Origin: Catajapyx aquilonaris
Taxonomy: Eukaryota
Direction: 5' to 3'
NCBI GenBank assembly: GCA_000934665.2
Contig: KZ538977.1
Coordinates: 1-37,742 of the forward strand
Length of the DNA stretch: 37,742 nucleotides
Positions within the stretch are counted from its first letter, which is position 1. Every line of letters begins with the position of its first letter. The notes under the pieces were generated by a model. The model was not told where the DNA came from and made no database searches. It saw nothing but the letters and a program-made list of their open reading frames with translations. This document shows positions 35,304 through 37,742 of this stretch, piece after piece. The position numbers and the translations under genes are program-made.

Positions 35304-36236
35304 TTTGCAGATGAATTGATGAAATGGGGGAAGGGGAAGAATGTGGGGGGATAAAATGGCGGGAACAACAGCGTCGTGCTATAGTGGAGACATCTTCCGG
35401 ATGGTTCGGCTATTGGTCCCAGTTGTTGGCCAGAGTGTGGCCAAAGTCAGCCATCTTTTCTCTAGTCAACTGACATGTGCAGCTCTCACATGTCCAACCA
35501 TTGCATTGAGAGAGACAATGTCATGACACATATTGGCCATTGTGCTTTCTGGTGGCTGTTGAGACCTGGCGAATCGACCTGACGAACCTTTGATGACCAT
35601 CGCTGACCACACCAGTGCCGGCGGCAGTACAATTGGTCGTATTGTGGTTAGGATGCAGCATGCATACATGCGCCGTCAGCCCTAATTTTTGTTTATGTCA
35701 GCAAATCACTACAGGAAGAAGAGATATTTTCAGAGGTAATTCAAATGTTCACACAATAGGAGAGTAAATGAAGGCAGTGTTTTTCACCATGTCACCTCCT
35801 TAGATTGCCTGGTACATGTCAGTGGTACAGTACCGCCCATAAAGAATGGCGCGAGTCTATAGGCGAAATTTTTATCCTCGCTGTCGAGGGCAACCCACAA
35901 CACATGCCTACCTAGCAACCGGCCCAGGAGCGATAAAACACCTTGGCTGCTTCAGTCCTTGAGGCTTAGACTCATAGGCCACAACGACGATTTTACTGAC
36001 CAATTAATCAAAAAGCTGCACCGATTTAGTCTCCAAACACATTGGAGTTCCCTACATTTTACATTAATATACTTTCTATGAGTTTGTTAGAAAAAAATAA
36101 TACTTATAGCTGCAGTCATGTTGTCACCAAATATTGCAGACATGTGATCCATAACTGAGTGTTCCTTAGAAAACCGTCTTCCTGCCACCAATACCATCCT
36201 CATGGTTTGAGTTAATGTCTTTATCTTCGCCCACAG

Positions 36237-36410
36237 GAACCACTTTTCTTACTACCAGGCCAATGACAACTGGTGGAAAAACACCATCCAGCACGTCCTC
36301 AAGACCAGGCCCTGCTTGAAGAAGACAGGCATGGCATGGGAGGCTCCTGTGGCTACTACTGGTCTGTTGTCCCATTCGAGAAGAGGGGCAAAGGACATAT
36401 GGTAACATAA
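36237..36410 (+). pseudogene. Divergent forkhead (winged-helix) domain exon, frameshifted
   Basis: Pyrimidine tract and CACAG acceptor; NHFSYYQANDNWWKNTIQHVLKTRPCLKKTGM then GGSCGYYWSVVP after removing a 5-bp tandem duplication (GGCAT); compare forkhead FPYY...WKNSIRHNLS...CF.K...GKG.YW. Confidence 0.7.
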
Positions 36411-37195
36411 ATTCCTCAGCATAGTGCTGCCCCTAAGGAGGGGCAGGGATAAGAGACAAGTCAGGAAATAAATGGGGCGGTTTTGTGATAACAGGAAAAT
36501 GACCTGGAAAGGAGAAATAATATTTAAATGGAATAAATGTCGAGGGTGTGTGAGTTAGGAGTGTACAAAGTCTAGAAAATTGATGTAATCTGAGTGCAAT
36601 ATTCTTTTACACTGATCTTGATTAGGCTATGTTTTTTTGAAGCCTGCCTATTTCTCTTTGCGAAAACATGCTGAACAAGTTTTCAGCATTCATGGCAAGA
36701 ATTCCGGCATAGGCAGCACCCAAAAATGTCGAAAAATTCCTGTTGAATCCAGAGTCCATTGTATTGACGAGGCTTGCACAGGATGATGAAAAATTGAAAA
36801 TTATGGGACAGGTTGAAAAATGTCCAGTAACATAAACAGTGCCAATCACAAGTCGTGATGTGCAAAATATAGCTAAAGTTTTACTACTGCCTTGCCATGT
36901 TTTCATCTTTCATCTTTCATGGAGCAGCAGAAGAGACGTCAGATGCTGGTAGGATTTTCTCAAACCCACCTACACGTGAACTGCAAGTGTCCCAGAAGTG
37001 TCCCAGAAGTGTCCCCTGAAGATGACTTGTGAACAGGTAGTTATAGCAGCCATGCTAGGGCCAGCCGACCATCATTATAATCACTATATGGCAGTACTGC
37101 ATCATGGGGGCTCGCTCAGCCTGCCAATGCCAGAGGAACGACATTGAAGAGGCAATGGCCAGGGAGGACGCTGAGGCGATGGCCAGCATTGTTGT

Positions 37196-37450
37196 CATGG
37201 GCGTAGCCAGGGGGGGCGGGGGGGGGGNNNNNNNNNNNNNNNNNNNNNNNNNNNNNNNNNNNNNNNNNNNNNNNNNNNNNNNNNNNNNNNNNNNNNNNNN
37301 NNNNNNNNNNNNNNNNNNNNNNNNNNNNNNNNNNNNNNNNNNNNNNNNNNNNNNNNNNNNNNNNNNNNNNNNNNNNNNNNNNNNNNNNNNNNNNNNNNNN
37401 NNNNNNNNNNNCCCCCCCCCCCCCCAACCTAAATCCTGGCTATGCCCATG
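37196..37450. mobile_element. hAT-type MITE (interior mostly N)
   Basis: CATGGGCGTAGCCAGG ... CCTGGCTATGCCCATG with 8-bp TSD ATTGTTGT (37188-37195, 37451-37458). Confidence 0.85.
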
Positions 37451-37742
37451 ATTGTTGTCACAGAAGATTCCACCTGTGAGCATCAGGATTCAGGAACTGT
37501 ACAGTGCTGGACACAATAGCATATAACAAGTGTAAACAACGACTTTGGCGTTACCTGGCGACTGGTCGTGTTCGGACATCGTCATGTGGAGAGTGCTTAG
37601 CGTTCTTTCTGTCGTTGCCACTGTTTACAGGTAGAGATTGATGCTGGGACGAAGGGTGTGCGCATGCTTACCAATGCATGGCATCGGAATAAGCGGGCTG
37701 AGGGGGATATTATTTTGAGAAGGCGATTCGTTATTATCACAC

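Noticed and set aside
36620..36906. Protein-like frames on both strands downstream of the forkhead remnant
   Set aside because: No identifiable motif or convincing splice sites; strand cannot be assigned.

Overview
Repeat-rich eukaryotic genomic DNA from an invertebrate, probably an arthropod (inferred from the Rab8 C-terminus). The only clearly intact gene is a 5-exon Rab8 small GTPase on the minus strand (CDS 20904->9650, 627 nt, 208 aa, ending in CaaX box CSLL). Most of the rest is nested transposable elements: piggyBac-like TTAA elements, many palindromic Tc1/mariner/pogo-type MITEs, and hAT-type elements with 8-bp TSDs, including a 1.38-kb near-perfect palindrome in Rab8 intron 4 and a 5-kb composite element. 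There are also at least four tRNA-headed SINE types that share or swap modules, and decayed LINE ORF1/RT fragments. Decayed gene remnants missed by the ORF track include a C2H2 zinc-finger pair, a divergent forkhead domain, an intact acidic first exon, and compact short-intron gene-like segments in 25.6-37.7 kb. All family assignments come from reading the sequence by eye; no database searches were run.
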